From sequence record NC_041975.1: a DNA stretch of 64,000 nucleotides. One strand, 5' to 3'. Numbering within the stretch: the stretch's first letter is position 1; the number at the start of each line of letters is the position of its first letter. Both the position numbers and the translations under genes were made by a program. Shown here piece after piece: positions 8,768-18,254 of the stretch. A model generated the notes under the pieces. It searched no databases. It was not told the DNA's origin and was given only the letters and a program-made list of their open reading frames with translations.

Positions 8768-9369
8768 TGGCACAAACCGAACACGATAAAATGATGCACC
8801 AACGGGCAGGGTCGATTGAGCGCCGACTGGCACAGGCCGCCCAGCATGAACGTAATCCCCAGATCCAGGAAGCGGAGTTCACCCGGGTATTCCTGCCGAT
8901 GTTTGTTGGTGGGGGTGAATACATTAATCAGGATGCCTGGGTGGCAGTTGCCGGCTCTGTTAATAATGAAGTCGATGTCTTCCGCGGGCAAGAGTACCTT
9001 TATACCCTGCCAGCCTTAGCCATCCCGATTCGCTCTGAGATCTCCAGTCGTAGCCAAAATGGTCGCATGGGTGATAACTGGATGGGCACAGGCTTAAACG
9101 CCGCAGACGATCCAGGCTCAATTGAGAGCGTGATGTCGATCGATGCCAAGGGTAAGCAGGTTGCGTTAGCCAGTACTGCTGAGGAGCACATGGCACGCTG
9201 GGATGAGGTGTTCAAACGTTACGGGCTGGACTACCGCGTAATCCGTGCTGACCTCCATGAACGTAAAACAGGTCAGAAAGTTAATCCCAACATTATCGAT
9301 CAATCAGATAAGGCATTAGCGACTAAACAGGTTGAGCTCGATGACAACGGTGATTACGAAGACTACTAA
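8767..9369 (+). CDS. Conserved phiKZ-like core hypothetical protein
   Basis: 200 aa, translationally coupled (TAATG), with EAEFTRVFLPMF and W..VAG blocks. Confidence 0.7.
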   Translation: MAQTEHDKMMHQRAGSIERRLAQAAQHERNPQIQEAEFTRVFLPMFVGGGEYINQDAWVAVAGSVNNEVDVFRGQEYLYTLPALAIPIRSEISSRSQNGRMGDNWMGTGLNAADDPGSIESVMSIDAKGKQVALASTAEEHMARWDEVFKRYGLDYRVIRADLHERKTGQKVNPNIIDQSDKALATKQVELDDNGDYEDY

Positions 9370-9379
9370 AAAACCTGGC

Positions 9380-10486
9380 ATGGTACGGATTATTCAGACA
9401 GGCGATATTCACCTCTGTCATAAGCGCACCCCAACGGCGAACATTATCCGTACACTGAACTACATCTTCTATGAAAACGAATCCTTGGCTGAAACCGACC
9501 TTATCATCCTTGCCGGGGATGTTTGGGATACCCTGGTGACCATGCCTAATGACGATGCATTATTAGCTCGTCAATGGATTCGTAAGTTTGTCGAAGATTG
9601 CGCATACCACAATGTAATCTTAGATGTGTTAGAAGGCACTCCTGATCATGATTGGGAGCAGTCTTCTGAGTTCACCCTCTTTGAAACCAATTGTGAAGTG
9701 CGCTACATCAAAACCCTGCAGATTGTCCGTCACGAGCACTTGGATTTAAATATCCTTTATGTGCCCGATGAATGGCGCCCAACCATCGAAGCGATCTGGG
9801 AAGATGTGTGTGTGGCAATGACTGAAGCTGGACTGGACAAAGTGGATGTCGGGGTGGTGCACGGGGGATTCGATTTTAACTTCCCGCCAGAGTACAACAT
9901 CAAAGGCCACAGTGCTGAGCGCTTTAGCAGTATTGTCAAACATGCGGTGTTTGCTAACCACATCCACAAAGCCCAGAGCTTTATGAAAGTGCACGGCCCA
10001 GGTTCACCGGATCGATTAGCACAGGGTGAGGAAGGGGACAAAGGTTACCATCGGGTGGTGATTGATCAGAAGACCGATCAGATGCGTATCCAGTGGATTA
10101 AGAACCCACACGCCTGGACCCATATCGCAATCAACGTTGCAGATATGTCGGTTGAGGAGATCGTCGCCAAAGCCAAAGCGATCGCAGCACCACTAAGAGC
10201 CGGCAGTTATCTGCGTTTTGATAACGGTGATCCCTTAGTGGTGAAAGCGGTACTGTGGGCATTGAAAGCAGAAATCCCGCATGTGATATTGGAATACAAA
10301 AACAAGAAGCAAGCAGGGATCACGCAAACGCACCAAACTTATGCCAAGAAGTTTTCTGGCACCCACATTAACCGCAACAATGCCAAAGAGTCGATCGTCG
10401 GCTGGTTGCAGGGTAAAGGGTTAACGGACGACTCACAGGGTCAGTATTTAAGCGATATCTTACAGCGCGCCATGGCGCTGAAGTAG
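9380..10486 (+). CDS. sbcD: Mre11/SbcD-like metallophosphoesterase nuclease (phiKZ gp65-like)
   Basis: Motifs TGDIHL, LAGDVWD, LEGTPDHD, VVHGGF and ANHIH. Start placed at MVRIIQ. Confidence 0.88.
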   Translation: MVRIIQTGDIHLCHKRTPTANIIRTLNYIFYENESLAETDLIILAGDVWDTLVTMPNDDALLARQWIRKFVEDCAYHNVILDVLEGTPDHDWEQSSEFTLFETNCEVRYIKTLQIVRHEHLDLNILYVPDEWRPTIEAIWEDVCVAMTEAGLDKVDVGVVHGGFDFNFPPEYNIKGHSAERFSSIVKHAVFANHIHKAQSFMKVHGPGSPDRLAQGEEGDKGYHRVVIDQKTDQMRIQWIKNPHAWTHIAINVADMSVEEIVAKAKAIAAPLRAGSYLRFDNGDPLVVKAVLWALKAEIPHVILEYKNKKQAGITQTHQTYAKKFSGTHINRNNAKESIVGWLQGKGLTDDSQGQYLSDILQRAMALK

Positions 10487-10496
10487 TGAGGGTGTT

Positions 10497-11297
10497 ATGG
10501 CTGACAGGACCATGGGGATCTTGCCGATGTCAGTCGGCACCTCCCTTTCATTTGAAGCATTAATGGCAAAACCCATTGAACCGATTGAAACCTTGGTGTT
10601 GAACATCGGGACCATCTTTCGTAATGTCTATCAGGCGTATGATACCGATGACCGCGATCGCTTAGGGATTGATAAGTTGCATGACGATGTGATTGCAGAC
10701 ATGTCAGCGATTTATGACATCTTAAAAGATATCGGGAAAGCGGGGGTGCCAGATTACAAACTGTATCACGGGCGTTATGAACGGTTAGCTTCCGCCTTTC
10801 CACTGGCGAAGATCTGGGAGCCTTCTTCGGATATTCAGAAGACGTACGCACGACTTGAACGCAACGTCCTGGAGAAGGTGATCAAGACAATGCGGGGGTT
10901 AGTGCAAGAGGTGGATCACACCTTACCGATTTCCGTAAAGAATACCTATGTGATGACCCATCACATCGTAGACCTGGTTGTGCCGGCTGGTTACGGTGAG
11001 ATTACGTTGGTGGAATCCCATACAGGCGCCTTGAAGAAGAAACCGTTATGGCACACCAAACTCACCAACGGGCGTTCGCTTGAACGTATTCCGTTTAACC
11101 GACTGACCTTGCAGGTGTTCGGTGATAATTCTGTGAACTTCAAAGCCAACAGCTTTAAATACAAAGCGGCACTGATGAAGCTTGCAGAGGAGAACAAGTG
11201 GACACCCATGGCAACCCGTGATCGTATCAAGCTTGGCATTGAAACGTTAAAGGACGCGCAGCTGAAAGCGGACTTGTCAAAAATGCTCAGTGTATAA
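10497..11297 (+). CDS. Conserved phiKZ-like core protein (gp66 position)
   Basis: 266 aa with a GAGG SD and motifs LNIGTIFRN, LVESHTG.LK and QVFGD. Confidence 0.65.
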   Translation: MADRTMGILPMSVGTSLSFEALMAKPIEPIETLVLNIGTIFRNVYQAYDTDDRDRLGIDKLHDDVIADMSAIYDILKDIGKAGVPDYKLYHGRYERLASAFPLAKIWEPSSDIQKTYARLERNVLEKVIKTMRGLVQEVDHTLPISVKNTYVMTHHIVDLVVPAGYGEITLVESHTGALKKKPLWHTKLTNGRSLERIPFNRLTLQVFGDNSVNFKANSFKYKAALMKLAEENKWTPMATRDRIKLGIETLKDAQLKADLSKMLSV

Positions 11298-11360
11298 ATC
11301 AACATAACTGCTCTAACTTTATAGAGCAGTATAACTAATTAGTCCTAAAAGGAGCAACAC

Positions 11361-12131
11361 ATGGCTGGTCCACAGCGTCAATTTAAAGCTCGTGAAAAAT
11401 CTTACTTGAGCGAGTACTCGATGAACCTTCAGGGCCCGGTGCAAGCTGGCGCTCAGTTCCCTGCTGAATTCCGCATGGCCTTTGCAGCCAACAAAGTGGC
11501 CATTCAGGTTGAAACCAAAAACCGCGATAACAAAAATAACGGTCGCTTTGAAATCGTTGTTCCTTATCTGGGCGCTATCGGTGTGCTGAATACGATCGAC
11601 AAGCTTATTCAGGACAAAGCACGCAGTAAGCTGCAATACAAAGTGAAAGACTTCGTTTACTTCGGTAAAGGTAACAAGTCTGACTCGCCAATGATCAAAG
11701 GCACCCTGACTGTAGGGCGTGATAACGAAGGCTGTCTCTATATCGGCATGTCCGGTAAAGACATCACCCCAATCAAATTCATCTTCACCCTGCCGGCGCA
11801 TGATGAACTGTGCGATGACTCAGGTCAACGTCTGGGTGAAGCTGAGCACTCTGAGTTTGCTGCGAAGAACTTCGTGGTCGGTTACCTGGGCCTGCTGCCA
11901 GTGGTGATGGGTATTCACTATACCCCACCTGAACCGAAGAACCCAGATGGCGGTAATGGCGGTGGCGGTGGTCAAGGCGGTGGCGGCTGGGGCGGTAATG
12001 GCGGCGGGAACCGTGGCGGTGGTAATGGCGGGGGAAACCAGTACAGCCAAGGCGGCAATCAGGGCGGCGGGAACGCCTCTGGTTCTGGTAGCAGCGGCGG
12101 CGGTGACTTCGCAGATGACCTGCCTTTCTAA
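11361..12131 (+). CDS. SSB-like protein with Gly-rich linker and acidic DDLPF tip (gp67 position)
   Basis: A folded N-terminal region, an approximately 60-aa G/N/Q linker, and a C-terminal DFADDLPF like the bacterial SSB tip DFDDDIPF. Confidence 0.6.
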   Translation: MAGPQRQFKAREKSYLSEYSMNLQGPVQAGAQFPAEFRMAFAANKVAIQVETKNRDNKNNGRFEIVVPYLGAIGVLNTIDKLIQDKARSKLQYKVKDFVYFGKGNKSDSPMIKGTLTVGRDNEGCLYIGMSGKDITPIKFIFTLPAHDELCDDSGQRLGEAEHSEFAAKNFVVGYLGLLPVVMGIHYTPPEPKNPDGGNGGGGGQGGGGWGGNGGGNRGGGNGGGNQYSQGGNQGGGNASGSGSSGGGDFADDLPF

Positions 12132-12183
12132 ATAGACAGGACGATGAATTCAGCATAAGTCATTGTCTGGGTTCATCCACAAC

Positions 12184-12214
12184 AGAGGAGGGTGAAAACC
12201 CTCCTCTTGTGCCG
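12184..12214 (+). terminator. Hairpin plus TTGTGCCG variant element
   Basis: AGAGGAGGG-tgaaaa-CCCTCCTCT. The stem is the same as at 5713. Confidence 0.7.
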
Positions 12215-12532
12215 TCCACGGACTGGGCTATAGCTCACGCTTACTCCCCAGGGTATGGGCGATTCAAACGCCGACATTTCAGGAAGAATACGCGCAAGCG
12301 ACCCCCACGGCCATGTAAGAATAAAAGTAAGTTGATGAAGGTGGCTCAGAGTAAGTTGGGTTATGCGATCATGACAGGCAGGGTAATCAGGCAGGCAGTA
12401 TGTGATGAGTGTGAGGCGGATGAACGTATCGAGCCTTTGCAAGTCAATTATGCTAAGCCGTATATCGTGCTGTGGCTTTGTCCACGTTGTCATGCTGACT
12501 GGTACCTGACAAATGAGCCGGCGTACAGCTGA
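12209..12532 (+). CDS. Small HNH-like zinc-finger protein, apparently degenerate
   Basis: CDEC...NYAKPYIVLWLCPRCH resembles the HH.DY.KPL.V.WLC..CH family but lacks the catalytic His. Start uncertain. Confidence 0.5.
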   Translation: MPSTDWAIAHAYSPGYGRFKRRHFRKNTRKRPPRPCKNKSKLMKVAQSKLGYAIMTGRVIRQAVCDECEADERIEPLQVNYAKPYIVLWLCPRCHADWYLTNEPAYS

Positions 12533-12569
12533 GGGTTTCGGCCCTCCTTTATGATACCAAGAGGTGACA

Positions 12570-12962
12570 ATGTTTGAAGAACCGACACATGTTCGTTATG
12601 CATTGGTAACCCGCCCTCAACACGATGAGAAGGTAACACTGACACCCTGTGATAATCTGATCGAAGCGGTACACAAACAAGACCGTTACGATTCGATTGC
12701 TTCCGTGGTGATCTGTGATGACTTCAAAGCGCAGGCGGTGGATGTCCGGTTACACTTTATCACGGGTCCGGATGACTCGGCGTACCGTGCAAAGGAAATG
12801 TTACTGGCTTCTTTTATACGCCAGAACAATGGTTGGATTCCCCGTCATGTTACGGGTTGTATGATAGACGCTTTTGATGACGAGACCCTTACCTTCATCC
12901 AAAGCCTACTATCTTTCTTTGATTCACACAGAACCAATTTTGCTCGTTCGCTTGCTTCGTAA
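12570..12962 (+). CDS. Hypothetical protein
   Basis: GAGG SD before ATG at 12570. Confidence 0.7.
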   Translation: MFEEPTHVRYALVTRPQHDEKVTLTPCDNLIEAVHKQDRYDSIASVVICDDFKAQAVDVRLHFITGPDDSAYRAKEMLLASFIRQNNGWIPRHVTGCMIDAFDDETLTFIQSLLSFFDSHRTNFARSLAS

Positions 12963-12970
12963 TTTTTATT

Positions 12971-13006
12971 GCTGGATGCGGTAAACCCGCTCCAGCCCTT
13001 ATGCCG
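12971..13006 (+). terminator. Hairpin plus TTATGCCG element
   Basis: GCTGGA-tGCGG-taaac-CCGC-TCCAGC-cc-TTATGCCG. Confidence 0.65.
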
Positions 13007-13068
13007 CCTGTAATATCGTACATTATTCTACTATCTATTAGAGGAACAAATAATCTTAAATATTTACA

Positions 13069-13080
13069 AGCCTACATTAT
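13069..13080 (+). promoter_or_regulatory. Probable early promoter core
   Basis: AGCCTACATTAT in an AT-rich intergenic region. Recurs at 18210 and 37080 and resembles the phiKZ early TATATTAC consensus. Confidence 0.55.
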
Positions 13081-13139
13081 CAACATGTCATAGCAGTATG
13101 TGATTTAACCTACCGTGTGATCACCGGGAGCAGCCACCA

Positions 13140-14684
13140 ATGATGTTTAAGTACACCACCAAATCGACCTCTGAGAAGGTATGGTTAAACACAATCATAG
13201 TTGTCAGTCGTCATGGCGAAGAGATTGTGTTTAACGAAAACAACTTCTTCAAGTCGGAAGAGAAGGACCATAAAGGAACCTTCGACGAACTGAATCTCTA
13301 TCTCTTGCGTTGCCTGAGTAACGAGCAACGTGATCGGATGTTTGAGTTCTATAAGCAAATCAGTTATATCCTGAAAACGGAACTGTCGGTCACGAAGGTC
13401 CTTCTGCCAAAGTTGCAGCCTTTGGTTAAAGGGATCTACGACCTGGTTAGCTTAAGCGACCTGAACGTCTTCATGTATGAAAACAAACTGACGCACATCC
13501 CGAACAGCGTACTGGATACCATCCCGTCCTCGAAAGAGTACCCGACGATGACCACGTATGTGAAAGCGGATTACGTCAAGCTGGTTAACCTGTCGGTGTT
13601 GTTGCATCTGATGGCGCCGATCATTGCGGACTATGTCAGCAAGGTCAGTGAGTCAACCGGCAAGCAGTTTAAAGAACACGCCGCCTTACCGTTACTGGAA
13701 TACACCAACATCATGTATTCTGATGAGATGGTCAAGCTGCGTAACTTCGTGACCGCCAACTGCAGTAAAAAGCCAGTGCCGTTATCAGCCACCTTAGAAG
13801 GGATGTCAGAAGAGTCGTTCCCGGATTGGATGCTGGCGTCGGTCATTGCACGTAAGCTGTGTATCAACCATGTACGGCGTGGGGATGAGAACGGGCATCT
13901 GGTTGCTGCGGTGTTTGCCTACATCAACTACAACATCAAACTGGATGGTAAGTTTGGTGGCGGGGTCATGCCAAAGAAAGAGCGTCGGGGTCTGGGAGAA
14001 GATGAACGCGAGAAAGCGGTCATTGATAACTGGAAGATGAAAGAGGATGTGGACAAGATCGATATCTTAGCCTGTGCTGTTGGCTTTGATGATCCGGTTG
14101 CTGCTGCCAAATTCATTGAGCCTGACATCGATCCAAACATGGTGATCCGTTGCCTGAATGCGATTCCACAAGCCTGGAACTTCAGCATGACTCGTCATCA
14201 GAGCATTCTGTTGCAGTGGGTAGTGGGTGAGCTTCTGCCGCATATAGGTGATACGTATGTGCCGCCGTTGACCGTTGAGTATTACGATTACGATGTCTGC
14301 GTGAAGTTGGTCGGGATTGCACAAGCGGTACTGTGGCATCGGGGTTATCCGAAGCTTGCAGTGTTTGCTGCGACTTATCCGTCTGAAGTGGATGCCGGGG
14401 GGATGCCGAATGCCGTGATGCCATTAGAACTGAAAGTGATGGCAGAGCTGGAAGCGTATTACGGTAATGTGCGTCTGGGTAAACGTCAGGACAGCAGCGA
14501 TGGCTTGGTGCATAAAACCATCAACACCATGGTTACCTCATTGTTAGAAGATGATTATCAGGTCGTAGGCCCTGATGAATTGTTAGCGTTATCTGGGGTG
14601 GTAGATTTCGAACGTCGAATCGTCATTCCTGAAAGCCTATATTACGATATTGCTGGCTACATTCGTTTCTTAGCCACTCGTTAA
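13140..14684 (+). CDS. nvRNAP sigma-like subunit (phiKZ gp68-like)
   Basis: 514 aa, helical. Size and position fit, five genes upstream of the beta-C/beta'-C pair. Confidence 0.7.
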   Translation: MMFKYTTKSTSEKVWLNTIIVVSRHGEEIVFNENNFFKSEEKDHKGTFDELNLYLLRCLSNEQRDRMFEFYKQISYILKTELSVTKVLLPKLQPLVKGIYDLVSLSDLNVFMYENKLTHIPNSVLDTIPSSKEYPTMTTYVKADYVKLVNLSVLLHLMAPIIADYVSKVSESTGKQFKEHAALPLLEYTNIMYSDEMVKLRNFVTANCSKKPVPLSATLEGMSEESFPDWMLASVIARKLCINHVRRGDENGHLVAAVFAYINYNIKLDGKFGGGVMPKKERRGLGEDEREKAVIDNWKMKEDVDKIDILACAVGFDDPVAAAKFIEPDIDPNMVIRCLNAIPQAWNFSMTRHQSILLQWVVGELLPHIGDTYVPPLTVEYYDYDVCVKLVGIAQAVLWHRGYPKLAVFAATYPSEVDAGGMPNAVMPLELKVMAELEAYYGNVRLGKRQDSSDGLVHKTINTMVTSLLEDDYQVVGPDELLALSGVVDFERRIVIPESLYYDIAGYIRFLATR

Positions 14685-14719
14685 CTTAATTTAATCTACA
14701 CCGTTAGGAGTCACCCAAG

Positions 14720-16237
14720 ATGTTACCTACCCAAAACATTCAGTTCGAAGGCTATGTTGAGAAAGCTGCTATCTGCCGTACACCAGCTTATCAGGACATG
14801 TACCGTCGACCGTACAGCATGAATATCAGTCAGGACACCGCATCCGTTATTGGTAACATGAGTGCCGGTGTGGATTATTCTCGTGAGCGTTTAGCGCCGA
14901 TTGCCGCATCGGTCATTGCGCCACAGACTTACGTTGAATCGGTTTGTAACGTACCAGAGGGCTGGGGTTCTGAGCGTTGTCTCTTCATTCTGAAGATCGT
15001 TCACGGTCGTCCGGGTGACCAGGGTCTGAACAAACGTGTGCAGTATCTGACCGGCTACACCAGTCACATGGGCATGATGCCAAGTCAGATGCGTGCGAAT
15101 GATGTTGTTGTTGATGACAACATGCGTCTGTTCTTTAACACCAGTATGCTGTTTAACGAAACCAGCCATATCGATGGCTATGGTCGTAAGCTCGTCACCG
15201 CCATGCCGTTGATGGCAAGTCAGTTGGTAATGGGTCAGCACGGTGGGGTGCATGGTCATAACGATCGTACGTTGCGTCCTGAAGATGTTTACTCAGCAAT
15301 CAATGTTGGACAGCTGATTCAGCAGAACAACCAGTATGATCAAAGCCGTGGTACCAATGGTCCGATTGGTCAGCTGTATGATGGTCGTACTGCTTTCCAA
15401 CCTGGTCAGCCGTATAAGCTTTCTCAGCTGAATAACCTGGTGCCTTCAAACTACCTCAGTAAAGTGCTGACCGGCGCAGCCACCGAACAGCTGACCTTAG
15501 GTGGTCAACGTGCAAACCCAGCGGACACCAGCAATCAGATCGCAACTGGCCTGAACGAAGGTTATCTGTCTAACGACCTGACCCTGCAGCACATCCTGGA
15601 TCGCACCGGTCTGCGTGAAAACTGCTCAATCACATTTGGTGAATTGCGTCGTATTCTGCCGAACATTGATGCACCGGGTATTTTGACCAAAGCGGGTATG
15701 GAAGGTGTCGGTACTGGTCAGGTTGCCGGTGCAGTAGGTGGTGCTGGTTCTGAACATCATCAGGGTTCGAACTATGAAACCGTGATTGCCAACATGCTAA
15801 ACAATGTGACCACTGCACTGATGATGGATCTGATGATCGGTGAGATTCATTGTAATGGCGGTAACATGACCGTAGCCGATGTGGCGACTGGTACAATGAG
15901 CGGTCAGTTCCTGTTGAACACACCGTATGCAACTTCCTTCGTGGATGGTCGTGATGCGGTGGCGTTGTGTGAATCGTTTAAGCTGCGTCTGGTGCGTGAG
16001 TTCCTGTCAAGCTTTACCGGCCACAACCATGTGCCAATCGGTTTTGCAATCCATGCAAGTCTGATGGCCGAAACGGTTATTGATGTCTCTTACAATAACC
16101 AACCGAAGATTCGCTTCGTGTTCCCGGTCTTTGCGAACGCGTCGTATACCCCGATTATCACTGGCGATCAGAACACTCTGAACTCCATTGCCGTACACAC
16201 ACGTGAACTGGTCCAGCAGCTGACCAACGTCTTTTAA
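14720..16237 (+). CDS. picA: Probable phage-nucleus import factor PicA/Imp1 (phiKZ gp69-like)
   Basis: 505 aa directly after the gp68-like gene. The QDMYRRPY, GW...RC.F and TGYT blocks are as recalled for the family; mainly synteny. Confidence 0.6.
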   Translation: MLPTQNIQFEGYVEKAAICRTPAYQDMYRRPYSMNISQDTASVIGNMSAGVDYSRERLAPIAASVIAPQTYVESVCNVPEGWGSERCLFILKIVHGRPGDQGLNKRVQYLTGYTSHMGMMPSQMRANDVVVDDNMRLFFNTSMLFNETSHIDGYGRKLVTAMPLMASQLVMGQHGGVHGHNDRTLRPEDVYSAINVGQLIQQNNQYDQSRGTNGPIGQLYDGRTAFQPGQPYKLSQLNNLVPSNYLSKVLTGAATEQLTLGGQRANPADTSNQIATGLNEGYLSNDLTLQHILDRTGLRENCSITFGELRRILPNIDAPGILTKAGMEGVGTGQVAGAVGGAGSEHHQGSNYETVIANMLNNVTTALMMDLMIGEIHCNGGNMTVADVATGTMSGQFLLNTPYATSFVDGRDAVALCESFKLRLVREFLSSFTGHNHVPIGFAIHASLMAETVIDVSYNNQPKIRFVFPVFANASYTPIITGDQNTLNSIAVHTRELVQQLTNVF

Positions 16238-16251
16238 GGAAAAGATAAACC

Positions 16252-17796
16252 ATGACAACTCCACTTATTAACTATTACACGGGCTTCCTGGAATCGACGG
16301 GCGCTGTGATTGATCAGTCCACCGGTGTGGTGAGCTATGAACGTTCCACCGGTTTAAAGCCGGTGTTAATTGATGGCAAAGAGCTGATCCTGCCCATCCG
16401 TGCGTTTCAGGATAAGCCGGACTGGACGCGTTATGTGCCATTCCATCCGCTGTCTGAATCGATTGCTCGTGGTGAATCGGAAGTGCTGCAGAAAGCCAAA
16501 GAGCTTATCAGTCTGAAGCTGTTCCTGAAATATGCGGAACTGTCTGAAGCGCTGCTGATGCTGGCAGTGAACTCTGAATCGCAGGCGAAGCTCACCCCTA
16601 CCCAGATGAAGTTCCTGGAAGGGCTGGGTGATGCGGATGAGAAAACGGTTGAGAACTTCTCAAAGATCCTGGCGAAATCCAAAGCGACCTTTGAAGGTGG
16701 TGAGAACCGTTGTCTGGTGTCGTTGTTCCTGAAACGTGGCGGTACACTCAACGGGCAGAAGTTTGCCCGTCTGTGTGTTGTAGCGTTCCCGTACTACGAA
16801 GCGCTGTGTAAGATCGAAAACGAACCTGCGGATAAGCGCGTGGTGTTTGGTGTGCCATTGCGTGCCAAAGACATCAAAGTGCTGAAGCGTCTGCATGAAG
16901 TGATCGTACCGAACAGCGATGACGGGATCTACTCGATCGGGACTAACGTACAGACTGCGCCGTACTGGGGTGCATTGATGATGACTTACGTCAACATCCT
17001 GAACCAGTTCAACAGCGTAATCAAACCGTTCTCGAAAGTGATCAAATCGCTGAAGGCGGTTGATACCTCGTGGGATGTGGGTGATGAGTTGCAACAGTTC
17101 CGTGCTGAGATTCCACCGATGCCGTATAATGAAGGTGCAGATTCCAGCAAACCAGCTGAAACAACCCAGCCTCTGCAGACCCAACAGCAGCCTGTTGCGA
17201 CGCAGCCACAAACCATCCCACAGCCAACCGGTAATCTGGTACAGCAGCCAGCAACCATCCAGCAGGCGCCGAGCTTTAACGGTAATCAGAACCAGTCCAG
17301 CACAGTCACCCATCCGCCAGCTCACAACGTTAAACCATCTAACGGTGGCGGTGTGAACTTCGCTGATGCGATGAACAAGTCGGGCATGGGTATGATGCCA
17401 CAAATGCAGATGCCGGGTATGATGCCGCAGATGTATCCTCAGCAGGGTTACCCACAGCAGCAGATGCCAATGTATCCGCAACAGCAAATGTATCCTCAGA
17501 TGCAGATGCAAATGCCGATGCAGCAGCTTCCAATGCCACCGGTCTCTCAGCCGCAGGGTCAGCAGCAATTCCCGCAGCAGATGTATTATCAAAATGGTCA
17601 GTTGCCAATGCCGCCGGTTAGCCAGCAGCAACAGCAAGGTTACCCACAGCAGGGCATGTATCCTCAGCAGCAGATGATGCAGCCTCAAATGTACCCGCAG
17701 ATGCAAATGCCTGGCATGATGCCACAAATGCAGATGCCGGGTATGATGCAGCAGGGTTACCCGCAACAGCCACAGATGTTCCAGTTCGGGCGTTAA
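16252..17796 (+). CDS. phiKZ gp70-like protein with long Q/P/M-rich low-complexity tail
   Basis: FHPLSESIARGESEV block, and about 210 C-terminal residues that are Q/P-rich with repeated MPQMQMPGMM and YPQQ. Confidence 0.75.
   Translation: MTTPLINYYTGFLESTGAVIDQSTGVVSYERSTGLKPVLIDGKELILPIRAFQDKPDWTRYVPFHPLSESIARGESEVLQKAKELISLKLFLKYAELSEALLMLAVNSESQAKLTPTQMKFLEGLGDADEKTVENFSKILAKSKATFEGGENRCLVSLFLKRGGTLNGQKFARLCVVAFPYYEALCKIENEPADKRVVFGVPLRAKDIKVLKRLHEVIVPNSDDGIYSIGTNVQTAPYWGALMMTYVNILNQFNSVIKPFSKVIKSLKAVDTSWDVGDELQQFRAEIPPMPYNEGADSSKPAETTQPLQTQQQPVATQPQTIPQPTGNLVQQPATIQQAPSFNGNQNQSSTVTHPPAHNVKPSNGGGVNFADAMNKSGMGMMPQMQMPGMMPQMYPQQGYPQQQMPMYPQQQMYPQMQMQMPMQQLPMPPVSQPQGQQQFPQQMYYQNGQLPMPPVSQQQQQGYPQQGMYPQQQMMQPQMYPQMQMPGMMPQMQMPGMMQQGYPQQPQMFQFGR
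17392..17749 (+). repeat. Intragenic direct repeats encoding Q/M/P repeats
   Basis: ATGATGCCACAAATGCAGATGCCGGGTATGATGC (34 bp) exact at 17392-17425 and 17716-17749. Confidence 0.85.
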
Positions 17797-17810
17797 TCTA
17801 TAAATCTGAT

Positions 17811-17845
17811 CGGCATAAGGAGAGGCTACGGCCTCTCCTCTTTCA
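17811..17845. terminator. Bidirectional hairpin with CGGCATAA at a convergent junction
   Basis: CGGCATAA-GGAGAGG-ctacgg-CCTCTCC-tcttt. Confidence 0.7.
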
Positions 17846-17848
17846 GAG

Positions 17849-18184
17849 TCATTTTTTATTTGAGTTGTAGAGATCTCTAATAGATGACAGAAGTGAACTG
17901 TTTTCATCTATTAGAAGAATGTCCGTTGTAATGACATCCCATTTAAAGGGATTCATGATGTTGTTGATTCGCATAGTTAACCAATGCATGTGATAAGGAA
18001 CGCCGTATTCCAGTAGTAGCATGCGAAAGTCACCACGTTCTTCGTACTGTTCAAGAGGGGTAGGGGGAGTAAACTTAGTTGCATTCGCCCGAAGCAAATC
18101 GAGATGATGCACCAGGACCTGACGAAAGCCGTGATCTTGAAACAGCTTATCGGTCGGGTGTTTGATTTCGTTGCTGACTCGCAT
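17849..18184 (-). CDS. Small conserved protein, possibly LysM/gpX-like
   Basis: 111 aa filling the gap before beta-C. GDF..LL..YG......W.TMRIN....P pattern. Confidence 0.55.
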   Translation of the reverse strand: MRVSNEIKHPTDKLFQDHGFRQVLVHHLDLLRANATKFTPPTPLEQYEERGDFRMLLLEYGVPYHMHWLTMRINNIMNPFKWDVITTDILLIDENSSLLSSIRDLYNSNKK

Positions 18185-18209
18185 ATGCGTAAATACCTAT
18201 ACTTGTTTA

Positions 18210-18221
18210 AGCCTATATTAT
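18210..18221 (+). promoter_or_regulatory. Probable early promoter core
   Basis: AGCCTATATTAT, 34 nt before the beta-C start. Confidence 0.55.
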
Positions 18222-18254
18222 CTCTTGGCAGTTAGGTTGATAAAAGGAATCATA

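Noticed and set aside
12971-12996. GCTGGATGCGGTAAAC resembles the enterobacterial REP consensus
   Set aside because: Single copy, partial match and no RAYT/TnpA gene nearby; better explained as one of the phage hairpins.
17390-17780. Short recurring DNA units that might be a CRISPR array
   Set aside because: The units are in-frame coding repeats of irregular spacing with no unique spacers.
16660-17907. 415-aa minus-strand ORF rich in His/Leu
   Set aside because: It is the antisense shadow of the Q/M-rich repeats (CAG/ATG read as CTG/CAT), has no SD, and overlaps a well-supported gene.
18162-18254. Longer ORF-track starts for beta-C (also 9332, 38588, 47847, 58627)
   Set aside because: The extensions overlap neighbouring genes or promoters, and the downstream ATGs have clear SD sequences or fit the gene boundaries better.
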